From contig CAZDTP010000018.1 of assembly GCA_964508365.1 (NCBI GenBank), positions 113 through 64,112 of the forward strand: 64,000 bases of DNA. The letters are read 5' to 3'. Source of the stretch: an uncultured archaeon. GTDB lineage: Archaea > Asgardarchaeota > Lokiarchaeia > Sigyniarchaeales > SOKP01. The notes under the pieces are model-generated. The model saw only the letters and a list, made by a program, of their open reading frames with translations. It was not told where the DNA came from and did no database searches. Both the position numbers and the translations under genes were made by a program. Within the stretch, counting starts at the first letter, position 1. Every line of letters starts with the position of its first letter. Of the stretch, positions 56,381 to 64,000 are shown piece by piece.

Positions 56381-57088
56381 ATGAAAGGACATAAAATTCT
56401 AAGAGATCATTTTAATACCGTTACATACTCTGAAAATCATTTGACACTATTAAAACAAAAAAGAGAACGATCTAAAAAACTGCTGGAGATGTTCGCTAAA
56501 GAGGGTTTGAATCCATTTTTATATGGTAGTATTGCTCGAGGCGATGTGCATAACGATAGCGATATCGACATTGTTTTAATCCAATCAATCGCTCCGTATC
56601 AAATAGAAGTAATACTCGAAAACAACGGTTTTAATAACTACTTCAGAGAAATTATTATGGCAACTCCTGCTGACACTTTGAAACTCTACATTTATTTAAA
56701 CGAGTTAGAGAGCATAACAATTCCATTATCTAAGTTCGATAAAAAATCAAGAGAATTTTACGATTATGGAGGAAAAATTGATATAAACCAATTAAAAAAT
56801 AGTATTAGAGTGCCTGGAATCGATAAAAGGTTAGTTTTTATTCAACCCATTTCTGATGGTCATGAAGAATATTCGATTATTGGAAACGAAAATTTAGCTG
56901 CAAAGCAGTTGAATATTAGTATTGATTTGATTAATGAAAGAAAAAAAGTTCTTTTAAAGAGAGAAAAATTTGGAAAAACAGGTGTATTTTTAAAGAGATC
57001 AATTGAAATATACGAAACTACCGAAGATGTGTTAAAAAAATTAGCCAATAAAAAATCGATTGTGAGAAAAAAGCTGTTCCAAAGATGA
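56381..57088 (+). CDS. Pol-beta-superfamily nucleotidyltransferase
   Basis: LYGSIARGDVHNDSDIDIVLI, a G-S-x9-D-x-D motif. The stop overlaps the next gene's start (ATGA). Confidence 0.65.
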   Translation: MKGHKILRDHFNTVTYSENHLTLLKQKRERSKKLLEMFAKEGLNPFLYGSIARGDVHNDSDIDIVLIQSIAPYQIEVILENNGFNNYFREIIMATPADTLKLYIYLNELESITIPLSKFDKKSREFYDYGGKIDINQLKNSIRVPGIDKRLVFIQPISDGHEEYSIIGNENLAAKQLNISIDLINERKKVLLKREKFGKTGVFLKRSIEIYETTEDVLKKLANKKSIVRKKLFQR

Positions 57089-58236
57089 GAAATCCAGCGA
57101 TTTTAGAATCTAGAGCACATACATTTTATGTGAAAAAAAAAGGAATCCCTAAAGGATGTCAACAATGTTTAAAGGGTGCCAAAGCAGTATTATTTCTTAA
57201 TGGAATCTGCCAGAATCCAAAACATTGTTGGTGGTATTGTCCGATTTCTGAAAAACGAAAAGGTAAGAAAGATACCTATATAAACGAGATTCAAATATCT
57301 TCTAAAGAGCAGATACTACATGAAATCAAAGCTATTAATGCGAAAGGCATGAGTATTACAGGTGGAGAGCCATTATTTGAACCCAACTTAAAAAAAACGC
57401 TAGAATATATCAAATTCATCAAAGAAAATAAAGGAAAAAAGTTCCATATTCACCTTTACACCAACGGTCTTAATTTTAACGAAGAAATTGCGGCAAAACT
57501 CGCTCGAGCAGGGTTAGACGAAATTAGATTCAACCCTGCAAAAGAAAATTGGAATGTGATTAAATACGCATTAAACAAGGGTATGTCCGTAGGAGCTGAA
57601 GTTCCTGTGATTCCAGATGTGGAATATATAGAAAATTTGAAAAAATTCATCTTTTATGTGAATAAAATAGGTGCAGATTTTATTAATTTGAATGAATTTG
57701 AATATACTTTGCCAAATAGCCAAAACCTTAAGGACCGAAATTTTAAGTTGGAAGCAGGTACAATAGCATCTGTAAAGAATAGTAAAGAATGTGCAATTAA
57801 ACTCATACATGATATCCTTCCATATGTTTCAATAAAAATTCATTTTTGTACGATTATAGCTAAGGATTATTGGCAATTGAGAGAAAGATATTTAAGACGT
57901 GCAAAAACTATTAAATTACCATACGAAGAAATCACGAGAGATGGTTTGCTATTATACGCTCAAATAGAAGGCGAGAAGAAGGACATTAAAGCGTTTTATA
58001 ATCTTTTATTAAATGAGCTAAAAATCCCTCAAAACTTCTTATCTTACGAAATAACTTATATTAAATTACCCATAAAGTTTGCTTTGAAAGAATTTTTTAT
58101 GGATTTACTAATTCAACATAATTTAAAAGGATATATAATAGAAATGATACCGTTTCGAGAAGAAATATATCAACAAATAACGGAAAAAACACCTATAAGG
58201 TTATTCAAAGAAGAGATGGGACTAAATGATTATTGA
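57085..58236 (+). CDS. Radical-SAM-like protein
   Basis: Cys cluster CQNPKHCWWYCP, SITGGEPL, TIM-barrel-like length. The Cys spacing is non-canonical (C-x5-C-x3-C). Confidence 0.55.
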   Translation: MRNPAILESRAHTFYVKKKGIPKGCQQCLKGAKAVLFLNGICQNPKHCWWYCPISEKRKGKKDTYINEIQISSKEQILHEIKAINAKGMSITGGEPLFEPNLKKTLEYIKFIKENKGKKFHIHLYTNGLNFNEEIAAKLARAGLDEIRFNPAKENWNVIKYALNKGMSVGAEVPVIPDVEYIENLKKFIFYVNKIGADFINLNEFEYTLPNSQNLKDRNFKLEAGTIASVKNSKECAIKLIHDILPYVSIKIHFCTIIAKDYWQLRERYLRRAKTIKLPYEEITRDGLLLYAQIEGEKKDIKAFYNLLLNELKIPQNFLSYEITYIKLPIKFALKEFFMDLLIQHNLKGYIIEMIPFREEIYQQITEKTPIRLFKEEMGLNDY

Positions 58237-58672
58237 TACAGTCACTCTTAAAGATTTAGATGAAATTTACAATTTAGAAAGACAATATTTCAAGAAAGAC
58301 TCATTTTCAAAAGAATTAATTTTTAATTTGATAAAAACGAACACATTTTTTTTTAAGCTTATCGATGACGAACTATCGAATAATATTATAGGGTTCATCA
58401 TTATTATTCAAGATCGAGAAGAAAGATTAAACTTGATTAACTTTTTAATTAGAAAGGGGGAAAGAAAAAGAGGTTATGGGAGTTCTCTTTTAAGATATAC
58501 TCTGAAAAAAGTAATAGCATTAGATAAGATAAAAACAATTATATTGAATGTGAACTCTAAAAATAAAGCTGCTATAAGCTTGTATCAAAAATTTAATTTT
58601 CAGATTGTCGAAAGAATAGAAAATTATTATCGGGACAAGCAAAGCGCTTACTTAATGATATTGAACGTTTAA
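58226..58672 (+). CDS. rimI: GNAT N-acetyltransferase (RimI/Ard1-like)
   Basis: R..G.G..LL acetyl-CoA motif (RKRGYGSSLL) and N..A..LY.K.GF. Overlaps the previous gene by 11 nt. Confidence 0.7.
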   Translation: MIIDTVTLKDLDEIYNLERQYFKKDSFSKELIFNLIKTNTFFFKLIDDELSNNIIGFIIIIQDREERLNLINFLIRKGERKRGYGSSLLRYTLKKVIALDKIKTIILNVNSKNKAAISLYQKFNFQIVERIENYYRDKQSAYLMILNV

Positions 58673-58782
58673 TCATTTTCTAAAAACCAAGACTTATAAA
58701 TAAATTCTATTATAAATTTTGTATAGAAAGCATTGATAATGTGTTCAAAAAAAGGAAACAAAAATAAAAGTATTGAGTGATT

Positions 58783-58938
58783 ATGACGCCCTTAGGTACC
58801 GAATTAAAAGATGAAATTAAAAAAGGTGTTACTCTCCAAAAGGTTGACGAGGAAGATATGAAAAAACGTGAAGAAGAGAAAAAGAAGCGAATGGAAGAAT
58901 TAGAAAAAGTTAAAGAAGCCTTAGGAGCAAAAGATTAA
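58783..58938 (+). CDS. 51-aa WH2 / beta-thymosin-like mini-protein (candidate actin-monomer binder)
   Basis: Own translation: MTPLGTELKDEIKKGVTLQKVDEEDMKKREEEKKKRMEELEKVKEALGAKD. Residues 7-20, LKDEIKKGVTLQKV, fit the WH2 pattern L-x3-I-x2-G-x2-L-[KRQ]-K-[VT]. Same strand as its neighbours. Below the ORF-track cut-off. Confidence 0.45.
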   Translation: MTPLGTELKDEIKKGVTLQKVDEEDMKKREEEKKKRMEELEKVKEALGAKD

Positions 58939-59085
58939 ATTTTATCTGTTTTTTGTATTTATTATTTTTTTTCTTTATTCTTAGTTTAACTCACAAATCC
59001 CCAAGCAAAATGCAATTTAAGTGTGTTAAACTTAATTGTTAGTGTTAATTATAAAAATTTAGGAATTTTGAGTTTGAAGTGCCTA

Positions 59086-60159
59086 ATGAAAATTCTGGAT
59101 ATTGATAAGAAGGAGGAAACCATTTCATTAAGAACCGAAGATTTAAACGATCTATGGACACTCTATAATATTATTGCTAAAAATGACCACGTAACGGCAA
59201 GAACAAACCGTAGAATAGTTTTAAAAGAAGGTTCTAAAGGAGAAAGAAAACAAATGAAATTGAAAATAAATGTCGATTCTATTTCATTCCACGAGTTTTC
59301 AAATCGGTTAAGAGTAAAAGGAACTATCTTAGAAGGACCAGAGGATTTTGTTTCGTATGGGACATATCACACAATTAATATAGAACTAGGACTAAAATTA
59401 ACAATTAAAAAACCTAAGTGGTTAAATAGTGAGATTAAACGCCTTAGCAAATCGCCTAGATTTCAAACTGATTTTGTCATGCTAATAATAGCGATCGAAA
59501 CAGGGTTAGCAACAATCGCTCTTATTACAAATTATAGCCATAATAGAATCGCTACTGTAAAAAAAAACATCCCAGGCAAAAGATACGAGCAATCCTATCG
59601 AAACAAAGCTTATGAAGAATTCTATAGTGATATTAGCAACATAATTAAAGAAAAAACAGACAGTATAAACTTAAAAATCATTATAATATGTGGCCCTGGG
59701 AGCACAAAGGATCACTTAACACAATATATTAAAGAAAAAGCCCAAATAACGAGGTTACCGAAAATCGTAAACATTCAAGCTAGCTCTGGAACTGAAAGTG
59801 CAATCCTGGAAACTCTTAAATCAAAAGAACTCAAACTTCTAAAGAAAAATGTTAAAATCTTCCATGAAACTGAGAAAATTGAGGAAATTTTTCAGTTGTT
59901 TAGCACCAATTCAGATTTAATTGCAATTGGATTCGATGAAATCTCGAAAGCTATTGAAAAAAGAGCTGTAAAGGAACTTTTTTGTGCAGATATTCTTATA
60001 AGAGGTGCATCAAAAAAACAGAAATTAAGAATAGAACAATTATTAAACGGTGTAGAATCTTTAGGTGGAGAAATTCATATTTTAAGTAGCGAACACCCAA
60101 CAGGGCAACAAATAATTGATTTGGGATCTATCGTTGCTATTTTAAGATTTAAAATTTAA
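59086..60159 (+). CDS. pelA: Pelota (Dom34 homolog), mRNA surveillance/ribosome rescue
   Basis: MKILDIDKKEETISLRTEDLNDLWTLYNII is a typical Pelota N-terminus, followed by eRF1-like central and C-terminal domains. Start set at ATG 59086 rather than the upstream GTG of the track. Confidence 0.85.
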   Translation: MKILDIDKKEETISLRTEDLNDLWTLYNIIAKNDHVTARTNRRIVLKEGSKGERKQMKLKINVDSISFHEFSNRLRVKGTILEGPEDFVSYGTYHTINIELGLKLTIKKPKWLNSEIKRLSKSPRFQTDFVMLIIAIETGLATIALITNYSHNRIATVKKNIPGKRYEQSYRNKAYEEFYSDISNIIKEKTDSINLKIIIICGPGSTKDHLTQYIKEKAQITRLPKIVNIQASSGTESAILETLKSKELKLLKKNVKIFHETEKIEEIFQLFSTNSDLIAIGFDEISKAIEKRAVKELFCADILIRGASKKQKLRIEQLLNGVESLGGEIHILSSEHPTGQQIIDLGSIVAILRFKI

Positions 60160-60189
60160 GAACTGCAAAATCATAGTATTTATTCTAAC

Positions 60190-61230
60190 ATGAATGGTAA
60201 AATACAATATGTTGATAAAATCTCGAAAATCCCTCTAATGGGGGTAGATTTTCTAGGGATCATTGATAGAGGGACAAATGTAATCGAACTTAAACCACTT
60301 ACTCTTTGCAATCTCCAATGCAAGTACTGTTTTGTAAGTTCTGGTAAATACAACACTAACTTCGTTGTAGATTCCAACTATTTGATTGAAAAAGTTCTAG
60401 ATCTTGTCCAAATTAAAGGGGACTATAGTCTCGAAATTCACTTTTCACCTTATGGAGAGATATTACTTTACAAAGAACTCGAAATTCTTTTAAAAAAACT
60501 CTCAGATATCAAAGGAATCTCAATTATATCAATGCAAACTAATGGCTTATTACTTTCGAAACCAGTTATTGATAAATTAAAAAAATCCAGACTCACTCGG
60601 ATTAATATAAGCTTAAATAGTTTAAAAGAGGAGACAGATTGTTATTTATGTAATTGTACTCAATATGATGTCGACAAGCTTATTAAAAATATATATACGC
60701 TAATGAACTCCAACATACAGGTATTGATAGCGCCAGTATGGTTTCCCGGAGAAAATGACAAGGATATTGAAGAAATTATAGAATTTGTTCTTAATGTGAG
60801 GAATGAAGGATATTCAAAGAGTCAATTACAAATAGGTATCCAGAAATATTTAATTTACAAGACTGGTAGAACTCTAAAAAAAATACAACCAAAATCTTGG
60901 GATTACTTTTATTTATATTTATCAAAATTGGAGAAAAAATTCAATATTAAATTAAAACTCGGACCTAACGATTTTGGAATTCATAAACGAAAACGCGTAT
61001 CAACCTTGAATCTTCAGAAAAATGACTTAATTAAAATAGAAATAGTTTCGAGGGGAAGGTGGGAAAATGAGTGTATTGGTAAAATTAATAATTCTCTTGG
61101 AATAAAGGTATTATTGAAAAAACCCCTTGTTTTTTCGGATGAATTAATTGGAAAAGTTATTGAAGCTCAGGTAATAAAAGCAAATTATAAAGATAATATA
61201 CTCACTGCTTTATTTCCTTATAAATTGTAA
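60190..61230 (+). CDS. Radical SAM protein with a C-terminal TRAM/OB-like domain
   Basis: Canonical CNLQCKYC (C-x3-C-x2-C). Beta-rich C-terminal IKIEIVSRGRWENECIGKI... Confidence 0.7.
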   Translation: MNGKIQYVDKISKIPLMGVDFLGIIDRGTNVIELKPLTLCNLQCKYCFVSSGKYNTNFVVDSNYLIEKVLDLVQIKGDYSLEIHFSPYGEILLYKELEILLKKLSDIKGISIISMQTNGLLLSKPVIDKLKKSRLTRINISLNSLKEETDCYLCNCTQYDVDKLIKNIYTLMNSNIQVLIAPVWFPGENDKDIEEIIEFVLNVRNEGYSKSQLQIGIQKYLIYKTGRTLKKIQPKSWDYFYLYLSKLEKKFNIKLKLGPNDFGIHKRKRVSTLNLQKNDLIKIEIVSRGRWENECIGKINNSLGIKVLLKKPLVFSDELIGKVIEAQVIKANYKDNILTALFPYKL

Positions 61231-61313
61231 CTTAATAAAAAAACTAATAATTATAATTATGAAATTACATAAGAATAGTATCGCAATTTAGTATTCATCA
61301 ATATTTTTTTAGG

Positions 61314-61946
61314 TTGATTATAATGAGCCCAATTATAACGCATGAAGATGAATTTGATTTAGCAAGTATGGAAAAAGAATTAGTGACCCAAATAAGGAAA
61401 CTAGCAAAATCTCAGAGTACTTTAATTGATTCTCAAAAAAAATACGCCGAAAATTTAAAAAAAACAACACTTACTCGAGAAATGTTAAACAGAACATTTA
61501 GAGACGTATTGAAACACATGCAGACTCTAGTACGAGAGAAACGATCAAATATTAAAGAGGAAGAAGTGAAAATATTTCAAGATATTATCCACAAAAACGA
61601 TGGATACATAGAAGTTAACAACAAATATATTGATTCGATTAAGGATCTCGCCGTAAAAAAAGACTATTTAGTCGAAAAAAAATATGAATTTGCTTCGGCA
61701 TTAAGCGAAGTAGCAAACAAAAGAAACATAGTAATCAAAAAAGCATTATCTGTTGAGAAAAAAAAAAACGATTTAATCGAAGGAGAAAAAATGAAAATTT
61801 TAGAGTCCGAATTGAACGATTCGCAAAGAGACTTTGATCGTGCTCGAGATATTTTAATGAAAAAATTAGACCAATTTTTACAGATTAAGAACGAAGTAGA
61901 TGAATTGTGGGTAAATTTGAAAAATAGCGTTGACAAAGCAAGCTGA
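61314..61946 (+). CDS. All-helical coiled-coil protein (about 210 aa), hypothetical
   Basis: Heptad-rich K/E sequence in three long helical segments. No enzymatic motif. Confidence 0.55.
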   Translation: MIIMSPIITHEDEFDLASMEKELVTQIRKLAKSQSTLIDSQKKYAENLKKTTLTREMLNRTFRDVLKHMQTLVREKRSNIKEEEVKIFQDIIHKNDGYIEVNNKYIDSIKDLAVKKDYLVEKKYEFASALSEVANKRNIVIKKALSVEKKKNDLIEGEKMKILESELNDSQRDFDRARDILMKKLDQFLQIKNEVDELWVNLKNSVDKAS

Positions 61947-62078
61947 CTTTAAACTTTTTTTTATTTTATTTTTGTTCAAATTATCAAGTAGGAACTTAAA
62001 TTTATTAAATAGTTCAAATATATAATTATTAGAAAATATACTTGGATAAATCGTTATTATTAAACTAGAGAGAATACT

Positions 62079-62528
62079 ATGGCAGAAGAATTCGCAAATT
62101 TCATGAAAGAAACAAAAAAGGCTCCATTAGAAGAAAAACTAAACGCATTTGGAGACATCGTTGAAAGAATGATGTCTGTAATTCTAAGAATACCCGATTT
62201 AGTAGATCAGTCTTTAGCTACTGTAAATCAAAAAATATCTACATTGGAATCACGATTCAATACGTTTAACAATGAAGTATCAGCATTACGAACCAAAGGT
62301 GTTGGGGCATCTTCAGTAATCGCTGCACCTGCTTCCCCAAACAGCGCACCACCTCCTTCTGGAGGTCCACCTGGAGCTCCACCGCCACCGCCTGGAGGTC
62401 CACCTGGAGCGCCGCCTCCACCTCCTGGAAGTCCAGGAGCTGCTCGTCCAGCTAGCCCTGTGAGCTTAAGAGGTGCAATAATGGGCGAATTAAAGCAGCT
62501 ATTTTCTAAGAGAAATCAATCGGGATAG
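62079..62528 (+). CDS. Coiled-coil plus poly-proline plus C-terminal WH2/GAB-like helix protein
   Basis: N-terminal helix/coiled coil (LATVNQKISTLESRFNTFNNEVSALR). Then SGGPPGAPPPPPGGPPGAPPPPPGSPG. C-terminal SLRGAIMGELKQLFSKR. Good ATG context. Confidence 0.7.
   Translation: MAEEFANFMKETKKAPLEEKLNAFGDIVERMMSVILRIPDLVDQSLATVNQKISTLESRFNTFNNEVSALRTKGVGASSVIAAPASPNSAPPPSGGPPGAPPPPPGGPPGAPPPPPGSPGAARPASPVSLRGAIMGELKQLFSKRNQSG
62361..62426 (+). repeat. 33-bp tandem duplication (2 units), GC-rich, encoding GGPPGAPPPPP
   Basis: ggaggtccacctggagcNccNccNccaccNcct occurs twice (62361-62393 and 62394-62426). This is a local GC island in an AT-rich genome, and the differences are synonymous third-position changes. 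Confidence 0.85.
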
Positions 62529-62766
62529 TTAATTTACGAATTATGTTTTTAAAATAAATTCGCTCCATACCTTCCTGATTGAAGAAAAGTTCTCTGTATT
62601 AGTTAAAGTTGGTTTAACTTGAAGACTATTTAGTTTTAGTCGTTTGCTTTTAAGTATTAATCTAATTGTTTTTAAAATCAATTAAAATTAAAACTAAAAA
62701 AAAAATATATTACTATAAGAAGTATTCTGTTTTGATTTGATTTCTTTGGTGTAAGAATTATCAGTA

Positions 62767-64000
62767 AAGACTTAAAAGTAAATAGGGTAAATGTTGCTCA
62801 CGATCTACAAAGACAAATCCTAGAAATTACATCCTTCGTTAGGGTTTTAAATAATTATTATTATGAAAAAGCAAAAATAGAAAAAAAACTAAAACCTCTT
62901 GCACTAAAAAGCTTTAAAGATGAGTTAAAAAACATTGAAAGTGATGAAGATTCGCTTCACAGCGTTCCGCTAGCTATACACTCGTTAAGTGACGATTTAA
63001 ATATCAAGAAAGATTCTTTTAGATTTCCTGATAGCATAATTTTATTTGAGACTTGGATGAATTTAGGTTTTGGAGCGCTTTTTCCTAGATTAGCACTCCA
63101 TTACAAATTTCCTGGATTTTTAAATGGAGAAAAAACGAGGAATATGTTCCAATTCACATATTCAACTTCTAGAGGATTCGGATTCCCAATTTATTTTGGT
63201 CCAGAATTCTATGGGTATATATTAACTATAGGTAAATTTTTAGAATCTTTGTTTAAATGGAGTCACACTATCTGTCACAGAGCAAATCAAGCGATTTATC
63301 TTGTCGGAAAAAAATATGGAATTAAAAGACATCACCCAGGAGAATTTGAATCTGTAATTATATCAGAGTATAAAGACAACGTTTTTAAAGGAATTGACAC
63401 CCTTTTACACGGTTATTACACGCAAGACCCAAAAACATTTGGTGTGTTCTCAAGTTTAGAAAATGCACTTGATAACGTTACATTTTCTTATTCTGTAGGA
63501 GATCACGCAATGTCTGTCGAAAGCGAAAAATCAAAGAAAACAATTAGCGTACCTTTAATTACGCATGATACTATCGTTCGCAAATACAATGTGAATTTTT
63601 ACGACTATTTAAATAACTTATTAGCAACAGAAAAGTTGATAAAAAAAAAGATTATCCACTTTAAACAGCTAAAAAAAGAGTTTATTAATAATTTAAAGAG
63701 AATCGATAGAATTAAATTTAGGATCGATCAATCTAAATCATTTTCAGTTCCAAGTTTGAAAATATCTCAAAAATTTTCTAAAATTCAAGAATTTTCCCTT
63801 CATATTCGACTTATGGAATTAATTATAAAGATGCTATGGACAACTCCCCTTTATACCCATTCGATTCATAAAACTATCGACAACGAAATCAATCTTCAAA
63901 AGCAGAAACAAAATGATTCCACTACTGATTTTAACAACACATCAATAGATTCAATTTTTTTACTTTTTATAAAAAAATTCGAAGTATTAAATTCGTTTTC
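62767..64000 (+). CDS. Large hypothetical protein, runs off the window end; start codon unresolved (possible ATT)
   Basis: The frame is open from the TGA near 62743 to position 64000 (over 400 codons in an AT-rich genome). The first in-frame ATG/GTG/TTG is only at 63067. ATT 62767 is preceded by GGTG with a 5-nt spacer. Absent from the ORF track (no stop). Confidence 0.45.

Overview
AT-rich (about 30% GC by eye, not computed) archaeal chromosomal segment. No homology search was possible: every call rests on my own reading of the translations and DNA, and several start codons are uncertain.

Gene content points to an Asgard (Lokiarchaeia-like) archaeon.
- Information-processing core: rpoH-rpoB, PolD DP2/DP1, Orc1/Cdc6, PAN, TFE, MBF1, NAC, Cbf5, Pelota, RtcB plus archease, class III RNR.
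- Metabolism: panB, ketopantoate-reductase-like, MfnA-like decarboxylase, ilvE, ADP-forming acyl-CoA synthetase, crotonase, ThiL-like, CarS.
- Three tRNAs, all with introns. Two introns sit in the T-loop at 59/60.
- Eukaryote-signature-like genes: three Ras/Rab-like GTPases (one fused to a roadblock domain, one with a roughly 400-aa disordered tail ending in a zinc ribbon) and a longin-like protein.

Most interesting observations:
1. An unlisted 51-aa ORF (58783-58938) has a near-consensus WH2/beta-thymosin-like motif.
2. A coiled-coil protein (62079-62528) carries a GPPGAPPPPP x2 tract and a WH2/VASP-GAB-like C-terminal helix, inside a block of uncharacterised helical genes.
3. In the first 7 kb, five same-orientation copies of an intergenic element (C-depleted purine-rich arm, GGTGGGAGTGTGTTCC core, hairpin, oligo-T) each occupy the spacer of one of five consecutive divergent gene pairs. 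Each is followed by a + strand ORF, and three of those ORFs are small and absent from the ORF track.

No CRISPR array, rRNA, transposase or integrase was seen.
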